In this document: one piece after another, positions 13,766 to 25,544 of the stretch
Numbering within the stretch: position 1 is the stretch's first letter
Layout: every line of letters begins with the position of its first letter
The notes under the pieces: model-generated
Seen by the model: the letters and a program-made list of their open reading frames with translations, nothing else
Databases searched by the model: none
What the model was told of the DNA's origin: nothing
Translations under genes and position numbers: made by a program
Source: Octopus bimaculoides
Taxonomy: Eukaryota
DNA length: 64,000 bases
Assembly (NCBI RefSeq): GCF_001194135.2
Contig: NC_068981.1
Coordinates: forward strand, 199,017,087 to 199,081,086
Direction of reading: 5' to 3'

Positions 13766-13995
13766 GTGGCGAGCTGGCAGAAACGTTAGCACACCGGGCA
13801 AAATGCTTAGCAGTATTTTGTCTGCCGTTACATTCTGAGTTCAAATTCCGCCAAGGTCGACTTTGCCTTTCATCCTTTCGGGGTCGATAAATTAAGTACC
13901 AGTTACACACTGGGGTCAATCTAATCGACTTAATGCCTTTGTCTGGCCTTGTTTGTCCCCTCTATGTTTAGCCCCTTGTGGGCAATAAAGAAATA
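13766..13995 (+). mobile_element. tRNA-derived SINE (family C), full length with 16-bp TSD
   Basis: Head GGCGAGCTGGCAGAA...GAGTTCAAATTCC. Core GGTCGACTTTGCCTTTCATCCTTTCGGGGTCGATAAA. Tail AATAAAGAAATA. Perfect TSD AGAGGTCTATGGTAAG at 13750-13765 and 13996-14011. Confidence 0.92.
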
Positions 13996-14149
13996 AGAGG
14001 TCTATGGTAAGTGATGAAGAAAAGGCAGGGGCCTTGGCTTTTACAGGCTCTCAAACACAGGTTAGATTGGTTCTATTAACATCCTGCTTAATTTGTTCCA
14101 TGTTGACAGTTCTAGCAAAGACATGTGCAAGGTGGGTAATTCCAAGGGG

Positions 14150-15200
14150 ATAAAGTTCTGGGGAGGAAGAACTGAGTATAGTGGTGGTGGTGGTGGTTGT
14201 GGCTAGTGGTTAATAGGTGAAAACAACATGGCTGATGTCTGGAGGAGAACTGTATGTCTCAGGGGTAGGAACTCATCCAGCTCTGCTGAGCTGAAACTAT
14301 TGAAGTACGTATAGAAATGGCAGAGAGAAGACAGTACATGGGCTGGGAACTGGAAATGAGGCTCTGGGACTTGTCATTCTTTTAACTGACTTTCCCTTTT
14401 GTAAAGTCTGGAATGGGTTTTGTACAGTACCCTCCTGGATAGTGGGCATTGTTCTATTCTGGGTTTCACCTGCACTTTGTTGAGGGTCAGTAATTGTTAG
14501 ATTTTTCTGGTTCTGAAGAGAAGGATCAAACTTTGAGATCCTATCTTAAAGCCATGGTCTCCATAACAGATCTTCTCTGACGCTCTACAACATTGAGTGT
14601 AAGTACTCACTCAGCTGCTTGGGTTGAAGGAATGGCTAGTTGTGATGGTACTTTCTTTATAAAAAGGACTTTGGTGGGTTTCCTGTTTCTTTTTATTGCT
14701 GTTGAAGGATGCAATACTGGCATGGGCCTGACAGCAGATATTTTTGAGGTTTCCCTTCATGGAATCGGTGCAGGTTTGATGGGAGGTGTTTTGGTTGGAT
14801 GAAGCTGACACTCAGGTGGGATATGGTTAGAGATAAACAAAAGATAGTGTGGACCAGTTCAGAGTGGATGCTGTTACATGGAATGGCAAGGGAATGATTG
14901 ATGTTTAGAAAGAAGCACATCTGGGGCAGAGGTGAATGTTTGAGAGACACCAATATTGATAAAACATGGGTTAGAGAAATGTTCATTAGGACAAGCCATG
15001 AGAGTGTAATCTAGCAGGAAGTGACCGAGATGAGAGATGGGTAGTTTTGACAGGAGGCTGGCATATTTGATGTTGTTGAAGGGTTTGCAGATGTTATCAG
15101 CAAAATGAACTTCACTAGGATGACTGACATCCTAGATCTGTTAATGGATCCAGCTTCAGGAAGCTGTGGTGGTCGTCATTAAAGGAGGAGAGTGATAGAA
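14150..15200 (-). mobile_element. Decayed CR1/L2-group LINE RT and post-RT fragment
   Basis: Minus-strand QLLTLNKVQVKPRIEQC at about 14450-14500 resembles QLLTLYKAQVRPxMEYC. Many stops and frameshifts. Confidence 0.5.
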
Positions 15201-15275
15201 AGGGGGGGGGGCAGACAGAAAAACTGAATGAATTTTTTGTATTTTCATGCCAGAGGCTCTGATGTCTTTCTTATT

Positions 15276-15499
15276 TCTTTATCGCCCACAAGGGGCTAAA
15301 CATAGAGGGGACAAACAAGGGCAGACAAAGGGATTAAGTCGATTACATTAACCCCCAGTGCGTAACTGGTATTGACCCCGAAAGGATGAAATGCAAAGTC
15401 AACCTTGGCGGAATTTGAATTCAGAACATAATGGCAGACAAAATACCGCTAAGCATTTCGCCCGGCGTGCTACCGATTCTGCCAGCTCGCTGCCTTCAA
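15276..15499 (-). mobile_element. tRNA-derived SINE (family C), full length with 14-bp TSD
   Basis: Reverse complement of the 13766-13995 family. TSD ATGTCTTTCTTATT at 15262-15275 and 15500-15513. Confidence 0.9.
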
Positions 15500-15549
15500 A
15501 TGTCTTTCTTATTAAAAGCAAACTACAGCCTCTGATTCAAATAATTTTC

Positions 15550-15596
15550 ATCATTATACTGATGAGGACTAATTTAGACCAAAACACATGAATGAT
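15550..15596 (+). ncRNA. Degenerate (fossil) minimal type I hammerhead ribozyme, Penelope-type
   Basis: CTGATGA (15559-65), GGACT-AATTT-AGACC stem II (one mismatch), then AAAACACATG, which is GAAACGCGTG with three CG>CA changes. Flanks ATCATT/AATGAT can pair as stem I. Confidence 0.45.
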
Positions 15597-15780
15597 TTTT
15601 TTCCGTTCATTATTGCAAAATAAAAGATTCAGTACAATACCATTCTACAATTGAATTTTAATTATTATTATCAAGTAACTATGTGTATGGAGTATATTAT
15701 TATCAAGTGACTCCATGTATGGAATAAATTCTTCTGCCCATCGAAGTAAAACAAATGTACCAACTAAATTCACAGACCGT

Positions 15781-15864
15781 TATGTGTGTGTGTGTGGTCG
15801 GTGAGTGTGTTTCTATATGTACCTATATATGTGTGTGTACGTACGTATATATCTATACACATGT

Positions 15865-15929
<65 letters not shown>

Positions 15930-16108
15930 TACACACATGCATATATGTATTTAAGTGTATTTTGAAGTCTCATTTAACCTACTCTTTCTCAGTATTGTCA
16001 CACTGACAGTAAATGTTCAGGTGTTATTCTTAAAATGCTTGAAAATAACACTTGAACATACGTATGTGCATGCATACACACGTGTGTGTATGCACACACA
16101 CACATTAC

Positions 16109-16149
<41 letters not shown>

Positions 16150-16160
16150 TATGCTGATAC
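15781..16160. repeat. (TG)n, long (TA)n and (CA)n microsatellites
   Basis: Direct dinucleotide tracts. Confidence 0.95.
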
Positions 16161-17039
16161 ACATGCATTTGCATATTTGCCAGTGGTACTCTTCTTGCAT
16201 GTTGTCATTTTTTTCCTTCCACTAAACCATTTAAGGTGAAAAACTATAAAAGTCAGAAATGACTGCACTCAACTTCACTCATTGATTTCTACTCTGTCGC
16301 TTTTATTCTGACAGAAATCAATTTTTGCTTCAAATTTATTGCAGTGATCATGATGTTGGTTTGGTTTTCATTTCTAGTTACTTTTTCTCTGCCTTTCGTT
16401 TCAGCTGCTCTATATCTACATGTACGTAGATTGGTTGAATAATCAGTATTGGATGGAGTTTGGTTAAAGACTGTAAACTTAAGTGAGAACAGAAGAATAG
16501 GCAAATGGACCCTGCTTCCCTATTTAGGAAACCATTTCTCGTCTCTCAATATTGAATTCTACATTCCAATATTTGCAGCCCCGGTTACATAGTTCCATTT
16601 TAATGGTTTCATATTACAAGTGCTGGCATGGCTGTGTGGTCTGGTGTTCAATTTCAGTGAACAGTACCTTGAGCAAGTGTTTTCTACTGTCCACCCCACT
16701 CCACCAAGTCAACTAAAGCCATGTGAATGGATTTGGTTGATGGGAACTCAAAAAAGTACATCATGCATCCTCTGTTTTTAACATTATGTGATGCTTCTAT
16801 AATGAGCATCACCATTGTGTGAAAGATGTTGTTCCTTTCAAGTCTCCTCCAGAAAAAAACCCCACATCTAACCATGAGGAAATACTAACGTTGCTTGGCA
16901 ACAACTGGAAGGACATCCAACCGTAGAATATCTGCTTCAACCACTTCTGTCCGACTTATGCAAGCAGAGATGTTAAAATGGTGATGAGGATAATCAGCTC
17001 CAGAGCTTCTAAGTCTTGCTTCCTCATATTCTTTACTTG

Positions 17040-17400
17040 TTTCAGTCACTGGACTGTGGCCATGCTGGGGCACCACCTTGAAGAATATTTTAGTCATGAT
17101 TCGACTCCAGTATTTATTTTTATTTTAAACCTGGTACTTATTATGTCAGTCTCTTTAGCCAAGCCACTAAGTTATGGGGATGTAAACACACCAACACCGG
17201 TTGTCAAGCAGTGGTGGAAGACATACACACACACACACAGACACATATAATAGGATTCTTTCAGTTCTTGTCTACCAAATCCACTGACAAAACTTTGGTT
17301 GGCCCACGGCTCTAGCAGAAGACACTTACTCGTGGTACCATGCAAAGAGACTGAACCTAGAACCATGCAGGTGGGAAGCCAACTTCTTATTGCACACCCA
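17040..17400 (-). mobile_element. tRNA-SINE family B with internal (CA)n
   Basis: TTCAGTCACTGGACTGTGGCCATGCTGGGGCACCACC (tail) and TTTCAGTTCTTGTCTACCAAATCCAC...GACTGAACCTAGAACCATGC (head) on the reverse strand. Confidence 0.8.
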
Positions 17401-17527
17401 TGCTTCTGTGAGGGGGTGTGTGTACGTATATATATATATATATATATATATNNNNNNNNNNNNNNNNNNNNNNNNNNNNNNNNNNNNNNNNNNNNNNNNN
17501 NNNNNNNNNNNNNNNNNNNNNNNNNNN

Positions 17528-17703
17528 TGACAAAGACTGTTACTCAGTTTCACGTTCCTGTTCGTTGGACACTTTCTAACGAAACTATCCGACGATCAGG
17601 AATGTGAAACTCTGAGTAACAGTTTTTAAAAGCATATTACTCTACCTCTGGTATTTGCGTACTCTTTTTTTCCACCTTGTTTCACATTTATGTGCTTACT
17701 CCA

Positions 17704-17710
<7 letters not shown>
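17528..17710. repeat. Interspersed repeat containing a ~95-nt long hairpin, next to a (TA)n tract
   Basis: Arm 17536-17569 ACTGTTACTCAGTTTCACGTTCCTGTTCGTTGGA pairs with 17588-17623 TCCGACGATCAGGAATGTGAAACTCTGAGTAACAGT. Confidence 0.75.
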
Positions 17711-17740
<30 letters not shown>

Positions 17741-18254
17741 GCAGTCAATTCTATGGCCAGTCATAGAGTGACCAATATTTTCACATCCACAAAGCACTTT
17801 GCCTTATAGACAACTTATCAGACTCCAATGGCCATGGACATATACACCTCTTGTCAAAGAGGTGTATATGTATATACACACAAGTGTATGCACAGATATA
17901 CATATGATTATGTATATGCATAGATATGTATGTGTACACAAACACATGTACATACACATATACATACAGAGGGAGAGAGTTCATAAATATTAAGACCAAA
18001 CTCTAATTAATGCTTTTCAATTATTAAATTTTTAATGATACTCTGTTCACACGTAGGGTTTTTTTTTTATGCATTGGAAAACCTGTTGCTAGTGTTTTAT
18101 AGTGAAAGAGACATTTATTTAATTAACAATAATTTGACATATTTCTTTGAGAGTATGGTCTAACCATGTTGGTTAGACATTCCAATTAACTCATTAGAGT
18201 TACTGCTATCATAATTTAGTTTTTAGTTTTACTTATGTTGTTTTTTATTATATA

Positions 18255-18560
18255 GATTTCAGGCTCACAATCATGATGGAGTGAGTTTGATTCCCAGGCC
18301 TGGCTGTGTATTGTGTTCTTGAGCAAGACACTTTATTTCGCGTTGCTCCAGTTCACTCAGCTGTAGAAATGAGTTGCAAAGTCACTGGTGCCAAGGCTGT
18401 ATCGGCCCCTTTGCCGTTCTCTTGGATAACGTCAATGGCATGGAGAGAGGTGAGGCTGGTCTTCCATAAACAATAACCTTGCCCGGACTTGTGCCTGGGA
18501 GGATAACTTTCCAGGTGCAATCCCACGGTCATTCATAAACGAAGGGGTCTTTATCCTTTT
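18255..18560 (+). mobile_element. tRNA-derived SINE (family E)
   Basis: B-box-like GAGTTTGATTCCC. Body TTGTGTTCTTGAGCAAGACACTTTATTTCGCGTTGCTCCAGTTCACTCAGCTG. A related reverse copy lies at 52890-53030. Confidence 0.7.
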
Positions 18561-18789
18561 AGTACAAACAGGATAAACGGAACTGAAAACCTGAATAAAT
18601 TTTATTTCTCATTAGCAGAAGATGTATATGTAATGTGTGTGTCAGTTGTGTAGGATTGCATGAGTCAGAAGAAATAAGCTCTTGTATATTCGTGAATAGA
18701 GTGGATATGTTATTTTATGCAATACAATATTAGAGATGATTGTATTAATCAGTTTCCTATGTGAGAATTTAGGGAAACTAATCTCCACA

Positions 18790-19520
18790 CTTATCAAAAG
18801 GGCCAGCAGGAAGGGCCTGGTGCAGGCCTTTTGCCGTTGGTGGTCAGAAAATGTTGCATCCAGTTTGTGAATTTTGTAAGAAATTGGAGTGAAAGATCCA
18901 ACAGATCCTTCACCGAGAGTATTTCCCCCTCACCACACAAGTTTTCTCTCAGGAATTTCTCCCACAGCATTTTTGTTGTTGTTTCCAACGACATCCACAT
19001 CCTGGATGCAGCACTTTCTGACTTTAAGTGACAAAGAGTCTACACCATACTTTTCCAACCAACCTTTTTTTTTTTCCATGAGTGCTGAGATTGGTTCTCC
19101 TCAAACTGCAAAACCAATTGGTCAAGTGGGCTGCAATGTGTGTGGGGTGGGGGTGATATTTTGTGAATACAATAATTTGATAGCAGAATGCACAATATTT
19201 TGTTCTTTCACAACCTCCCATTCGGTTATTTCCAAGTGTCAAATCAACGAAACAGTAATATAATGCCCACTATTTATGAATAAAGTTTTCTTCTCTTTCT
19301 CTGTCTCCACACAAAATTAATGAGGAATGTTTGTGCTATTGAGGCAAAAATTAGCTAGAGACATTTGCAGCTGGCTGCTTGGCGATTTGCCAAACTTCTC
19401 TGCTTTCAAGTTCTTTAAAAAATAAAGTTTATTGTTGGTTTAGCCAAAGTTTTGTTGAGATTTATTCGAACTTCATTTCGTTACCAATATTTTTCTTATT
19501 TTCCTTATACCCCACCCACA
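18790..19520 (-). mobile_element. Decayed Tc1/mariner-superfamily transposon, N-terminal transposase fragment
   Basis: Minus frames give LDQLVLQFEENQS (cf. LVxKFEETGSV) and ISYKIHKLDATFSDHQRQKAC (cf. PYKIQLxQxLxxxDHxxRxxFC). No DDE region seen. Confidence 0.5.
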
Positions 19521-19644
19521 CAAAGATTTCAGTTTTTCGTATGATAGATATGTGTACATATTTGTATGTGTGGGTGTATAGGCAATTATACAAATAAACA
19601 AATTAGACACATCATGTGTCTAATTTATTCATCTGCATAATTGC

Positions 19645-19645
19645 C

Positions 19646-19723
<78 letters not shown>

Positions 19724-19762
19724 CACACACACACGCACACACACACACGTGTGTGTGTGTAT
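19645..19762. repeat. Compound (TA)n(CA)n(TG)n microsatellite
   Basis: Direct tracts. Confidence 0.95.
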
Positions 19763-20032
19763 AGGCAATCATGCGAATAAGCAAATTAGACACATCATGT
19801 GTCTGTTTATCCCCATAATTGCCCCTATACCCACTCAGCCTGATCCCTCTTAAAGCCTTTCTTTACCTTGTGGAATCAATCCCCTGGAAAGACAGAGACT
19901 AAGTTTTACGCTTCTGAGCTCTGTTAAGTGTTTTCTATGTGGAGTATCTCTGGATCTCATCTGTGAACGATATGTATATAAATATATATATGTAAGTGTG
20001 TGTATGTATGTGTGCATATGAATGTGTATATA

Positions 20033-20365
20033 GGTGCTGGAGTGGCTGTATGGTAAGAAGCTTGCTAACCAACCACATGGTTCTGGGTTCAGTCTCGCTG
20101 TGTGACACCTTGGGCAAGTGTCTTCTACTATAGCCTTGGGCCGACGACAGCCTTGTGAGTGGATTTGGTAGATGGAAACTGAAAGAACCCCGTCGTATGT
20201 ATACGCATGTATGTTTGTGTGTCTGTGTTTGTCCCCCTACCATCGTTTGATAACCAATGTTGGTGTGTTCACGTAACTTAGCGGTTCGGTAAAAGAGACC
20301 GATAGAATAAGTACTAGGCTCACGAAGAATAAGTCCTGGGGTCGATTTGTTCGACTAAAGGCAAA
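20033..20365 (+). mobile_element. tRNA-SINE family B
   Basis: GGTGCTGGAGTGGCTGTATGGTAAGAAGCTTGC...GGGTTCAGTCTCGCTG, followed by body and 3' segment. Confidence 0.85.
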
Positions 20366-20469
20366 TAAAAGAATATATTCCTCATTCCAGTTTGGGAGCC
20401 TGTATATAATATTAAAAAACATATATCTTATATATTCTAGTATATATTTTATATAATTTTGTATTAAAA

Positions 20470-20693
20470 AATATGGCCGATGCCAGTGCCGCCTGACTGG
20501 CTCCCATGCTGGTGGCACATAAAAGCACCCGCTACACTCTTGGAGTGGTTGGCATTAGGAAGGGCATTCATCTGTAGAAACATTGCCAGATCAGACTAGA
20601 GCCTGCTGAGGCCTCCTGGCTTGCCAGTCCCCAGTCCAACCGTCCAACCCATGCCAGCATGGAAAACGGACGTTAAACGATGACGATGATGAC
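20470..20693 (+). mobile_element. RTE 3' UTR fragment
   Basis: Ends CCAACCCATGCCAGCATGGAAAACGGACGTTAAACGATGACGATG. Confidence 0.85.
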
Positions 20694-21079
20694 AGATGTG
20701 TTATATATTTTTTAAATTAACAATTTCTTAGATGAAGCCATGTCAATTTTTATCAGGACTCCATTTCCCCAGCACCTCCCCCCACCCTCTCCATCCCCTC
20801 TACTCCCTTCCTCCTGATTTCCCAATCACCCCTGTTGAATCTCTTCCCCATAACATATTCTCTTAACATCCCCTCCCTTTATTTCTACCCCTCCCACTTT
20901 CCTTTCACATGCAACTTGAGTGTACCCCCCTCCGCCCATCCCATCCCATCTTCACTGTCTCCCCCAAGGTAGCCATGAATTTCTTTTACTGCAAGACACT
21001 TCTGTCCCTCTACTTATACTCTAACTTCTCGTGACTTGGCACAACCCCCCCGCCTCGCTACTGTTACCCATCCTCCTCA

Positions 21080-21285
21080 GCTGAGGGGTCTTGTAATTAT
21101 TTGGTGACCTCACTGGTGCTGGTGCCATATAAAAAAAGCACCCAGTGCATTTGTTAGGGTCAGGAAAGGCATCCAGCTGTGGAAATCATGCCAAAACAGA
21201 CAGCAGTCCTCTCACTTGGCCGACTCCAGTCAGACCCGTCTAAGCCATGCTTGGAAAACAGATGTTAAATGATGATGAGGATGAA
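21080..21285 (+). mobile_element. Older RTE 3' UTR fragment
   Basis: GGTGACCTCACTGGTGCTGGTGCC...GGCATCCAGCTGTGG...GTTAAATGATGATGAG. Confidence 0.7.
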
Positions 21286-21850
21286 TAACTGCCATTTTAC
21301 TCTGTGGTTGACATGAAGATACGTAGTATAGAAACCATTCCATAAATGGGATGCATCAATGAGACATGCTACTGAACTGATCAAAGAAAATAGGAACTTC
21401 AGATAGGAACTGACTTGAACTTTGAGGACTTATCCCCCCAACGCTTGCCAACTTGGAAATGAGTTTAATAAAATGGTGGCGGCAGCGGAATATAATCGTA
21501 TTAATAAATATTTATATTTCCATAAGAGAAATCACTGAATGATTGTAAGAGAGGAATTGTTGGTAGAATAATAATAATAATAATAATAGTAATAATGATA
21601 ATAGTAATAATAGTAATTCAGATTTATGAGTCTTTGTTATCTGAAGAATGTTGTCAATGAACTATTGTATAAGATTAGAATAATTCCTGTTAATTGAGGA
21701 AACGGTATGAATTGCCATTGTTTAGAAACTTCCATCTCTACTGTTGGTGAGTATAAATACCTTTATCAACATGATAGCTTTCAGAGAAAGAAAGAGAGAG
21801 AGTACCTATGAGTGAGTTAGTACCTGGGAATACCGTTATCATCAGCCATT

Positions 21851-23900
21851 TTACCTGTTAAACAAGGAATGATGCCAAAAAAAGATCTGAACAGCAGCTT
21901 TTTCATGGAGTTCATAAATTGATGAAATGCTAAAGAATTCCTCTGAAGCATTCTCATATAAAGGAGAACTGAACAAGCAATGCATATTTGGCACCTGCTT
22001 CATTGCAGGATCAATAGCAGTTCTGCATCTTGCACAAAGACACAATGCAGTCATAGAAACTTCTAAATGCTGTGCCAATAATTTGATGCCATATCTACTC
22101 AACCATTTCACTTCATAATGACTCTCTTTACATAAAGCTACTGTTCTCTTCATCCTACTAATATCTTCATAAATCTTACTATTTCGTTGATTAACCTGTT
22201 TTTCTCTCTCTCTCTCTCTCTCCTCACCCACTCTAATAACTTCATCTGCAACTGCCTGCATGTTTTCTCCAACAATCAATCAGTTTAAAGTCTATTTCAA
22301 TAGATTAATGCTTTCTCTCTTTCTTTGCTACCTTTTTGCTGATCATATTATGACCTAACTGTGGCTTTTTTTGTTTCGTTTTGTTTTTTGTCTGTGTTTT
22401 CCCAGTATAATATGAAAAAAAATGATTCTCATTCAAATGCTGTTAATCTATTTTTTCATCTAATATTATTCTCATGCGCCAGTAACTAAGCCATTCAGCT
22501 CACCAACATCAACAAATATAATTCACCTTAATAGGCAAAGCTAAAGCATCACAGAACACCCTCAATTTCTCAATCACCATTTTAGTTTTGCTTTCTTTAT
22601 CATTCTGCCAAGTATTGCTTCTCTGAATTTTAATAACAAGTCCTTCTCTCTAACCGTAACTCACTCTCTCCCTCCCCCCACAGCCCCCTTCCTGTTTCAA
22701 CCCTGAAAGCAACTTTATCTCATGTTTTTACTCTAAGCGTGTTGCTTAAACCTTTATCCTGAAACTATCATTGTCGAGGATCTTACCATATTCTTGGCTT
22801 GGTCAGCTAAAATTCTTAAGCATAATCTCCACTGAGTCTGTTCCTAGTTCTATGATGCAAACTTCTTTTAAAATTATTTAAATCAAAATCTTTTATCAGT
22901 ATTTTGTGTTGTTTCAAACGCCATCTTCATGAGAACAATTCTTTCACTAAATTCTTCATTATTTAAAAAAATTAATTGCAACAAAGGCAATGTATTTAAC
23001 AGAAATATGGCAAAAAAAAAGGATTAAACTGTCAAGATTGTTTTACATCCACACTTCCATGTTGGCATGGGTTAGCAGGATATTCTAAAGTAGTGTTTTA
23101 CTGTCAGATGTACTTCATCTTGCCTCTCCTTTTCGTCTGTGGAACCCCACATAAAACTGTGACACTCTTAGCAGCAGCAATGAATTATTATTCCATAACC
23201 CTGCACAATAAATACATTGAATAACAGAGAATATTGAGCTCTGTCTTTTATTGTTGAAATGGTGACTTTATTATTCCTTAACATTTGGCCAGCTATCAAG
23301 TTTTTTCGCCAAATGATGTTAATTAGCAGCATAACATAATATATATCTGGGGGTATTTATTAATTTATTCACTGTATATCTGCAAACAAATCACAAATTT
23401 ATTGTCCGTTATTTGTGCGGCAGTCAATAGATGGACTTTATTAAATTTACTTATTTCTAGTTGAGATTCATAATTTTCTGAACATAATATATTGATTTTG
23501 AAATTTAAAAAAAAATTTTTCATTTAAATTTTTACTATCTGAAATATATTATCTTTAAAAAATTTTTTAAGCTTCTTCCAATAACCAATAAGCATTTCAT
23601 ATTCTAAGCAGGAATTTATCCAAACAATATCTAACAAGATTAACTAAATCAGATGAAATCTTGTTACTTTTGATCTTGCAATTGGTACATTCCACTGTTT
23701 GCCCTCAAAACATCAACTGACTCTTCAATAAAATTTTGAAGTTAAATACCAAAACTTTTAAAATGAAAAATTCGAAATAAAATATTGAAGCAGAAGTTGC
23801 TGTTGACTTTTGAAAGGAATGATAGAATTGGTCAGGAATCTCTGAAAAGGTTTATGGAATTTTGGTTTAAGTTAGTCCAGGATTCTAATTGACAGAATCA
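21851..23900 (-). pseudogene. Fossil intron-less ORF, tentatively an hAT-superfamily transposase
   Basis: Open stretch 22279-21851 contains LCKESHYEVKWLSRY (cf. hAT HTEVRWLSR). Upstream protein-like frames are broken by stops, frameshifts and a (GA)n tract. Confidence 0.35.
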
Positions 23901-23969
23901 GTCAAACACTGGAATCAATGTTTCAATGACTCCTCCATCCTCAACCTTTCCTTCTCTAAATATGTTTTT

Positions 23970-24475
23970 CAGTCTAAATCTCCATCCTCCTCCATCCTCC
24001 TCCTCCATCCTCCTCCTCCATCCTCCTCCTCCATCCTCCATCATTCTCCTTCATCCTCCTCCATCCTCCTCCTCCATCCTCTTCCTCCATCCTCCTCCTC
24101 CATCCTCTTCCATCCTCCTCCTTCATCCTTCACCATAATTCTCCTTCATCCTTCACCATCTTTCTCCATCATCCTCCTCCATCCTCTTCCATCCTCCTCC
24201 TCTATCCTCCTCCTCCATCCTCCTCCTCCATCCTTCACCATCTTTCTCCATCCTCCATCCTCCTCCTCCATCCTCCTCCTCCTCCTTCATCCTTCACCAT
24301 CTTTCTCCATCCTCCTCCTCCTCCTTCATCCTTCACCATCTTTCTCCATCATCCTTCACCATCTTTCTCCATCATCCTCCTCCATCATCCTCCTCCATCC
24401 TCCATCATCCTCCTCCTCCATCCTCCATCATCCTCTTCCATCCTCCTCCTCCATCCTCCACCATCCCTTCTTCAA
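23970..24475. repeat. (TCC)n/(CATCCT)n low-complexity tract
   Basis: CATCCTCCTC repeats flanked by a duplicated AAATATGTNTTTCAGT word (about 23959 and 24474). Confidence 0.95.
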
Positions 24476-24874
24476 ATATGTCTTTCAGTGTAAATCTGAA
24501 TGATTCTGGTTTCTTTGTTTTTAGTTTTTGTTTTTCTTTCAAAACATTTTGAAAATTTGTGAGTTGTGTTGAAAGTTTGAGACATCCAGTGTTTTTAATT
24601 TATCCATATTCAAGTTTTGAGTCTGGGCTTAAAATCTCGTTATTGAGCTCGTTATATCTTCTAAATTAACATGGACAAAACTCCAATCCTTTATACTGGC
24701 TTTTAGAAAGTCTTTGTTGTTATTTTCTGTCTGTGTTTTGCCTTAGTATTTTGTAGGAAGATTTTGCCAAATGTGGAGGGTTTGATTTGTCAGAAGCATT
24801 GTTATTATTAGCTGTTCTCTCTAAACCTTCTCCACAAACAACAAAATGTTGTTAGTTGTTAGATTAGGCAGTGG

Positions 24875-25330
24875 ATCATCATCATCATCGTTTAACGTCC
24901 GCTTTCCATGCTAGCATGGGTTGGACGATTTGACTGAGGACTGGTGAAACCGGATGGCAACACCAGGCTCCAGTCTGATTTGGCAGAGTTTCTACAGCTG
25001 GATGCCCTTCCTAACGCCAACCACTCAGAGAGTGTAGTGGGTGCTTTTACGTGTCACCCGCACGAAAACGGCCACGCTCGAAATGGTGTCTTTTATGTGC
25101 CACCCGCACAAGGCAGTCCAGGGGCACTGGCAACGATCTCGCTCAAAAATCCTACAGGAGCCAGTCAGGCGGTACTGGCAACGGCCACGCTCAAAATGGT
25201 GCATCTCATGTGCCACCCGCACAAGAACCAGTCCAGGGGCACTGGCAACGATCTTACTCGGCTTGCCGGGTCTTCTCACGCACAGCACATTTCCAAAGGT
25301 CTCGGTCAGTAGTCATCGCCTCGGTGAGGC
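24875..25330 (-). mobile_element. Young 5'-truncated RTE LINE (ORF C-terminus plus 3' UTR)
   Basis: Minus strand begins LTEAMTTDRDLWKCAVREKTRQAE* (RTE C-terminal end), followed by tandem ~55-60-bp UTR modules and a (GAT)n tail. Confidence 0.88.
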
Positions 25331-25544
25331 CACTGTTGTTAATACTGTTGATGTTTAGTCACTTCTTAACTCCTATCTTCAGTTAACCATGTGTACACAC
25401 ACACACACACACACACGCACACAGAGGACTTCTTATTTTAGTCTCCTTACATTTTTGACTCTATTGTCAATTAAACCAACCAAATAACAAAATATCATTT
25501 AAATTACAACCCATTTTTAAAGAAGAGATGATGGATCAAGTAAT

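Noticed and set aside
15755-17999. ORFs rich in YI/HT/CV dipeptides
   Set aside because: Translations of (TA)n, (CA)n and (TG)n microsatellites.
22787-22850. Possible minus-strand mini-exon EQTQWRLCLRILADQAKNM with donor ATG|GTAAGA
   Set aside because: No pyrimidine tract at any usable acceptor, and it lies inside the fossil ORF.
23889-24503. 204-aa Ser/Pro/His/Leu-rich ORF
   Set aside because: Translation of a (TCC/CAT)n low-complexity tract; no splice or homology support.
24944-25386. Four overlapping 87-122-aa ORFs
   Set aside because: They lie in the GC-rich tandem 3' UTR of an RTE copy; only the last ~25 codons of the RTE ORF are real coding sequence.
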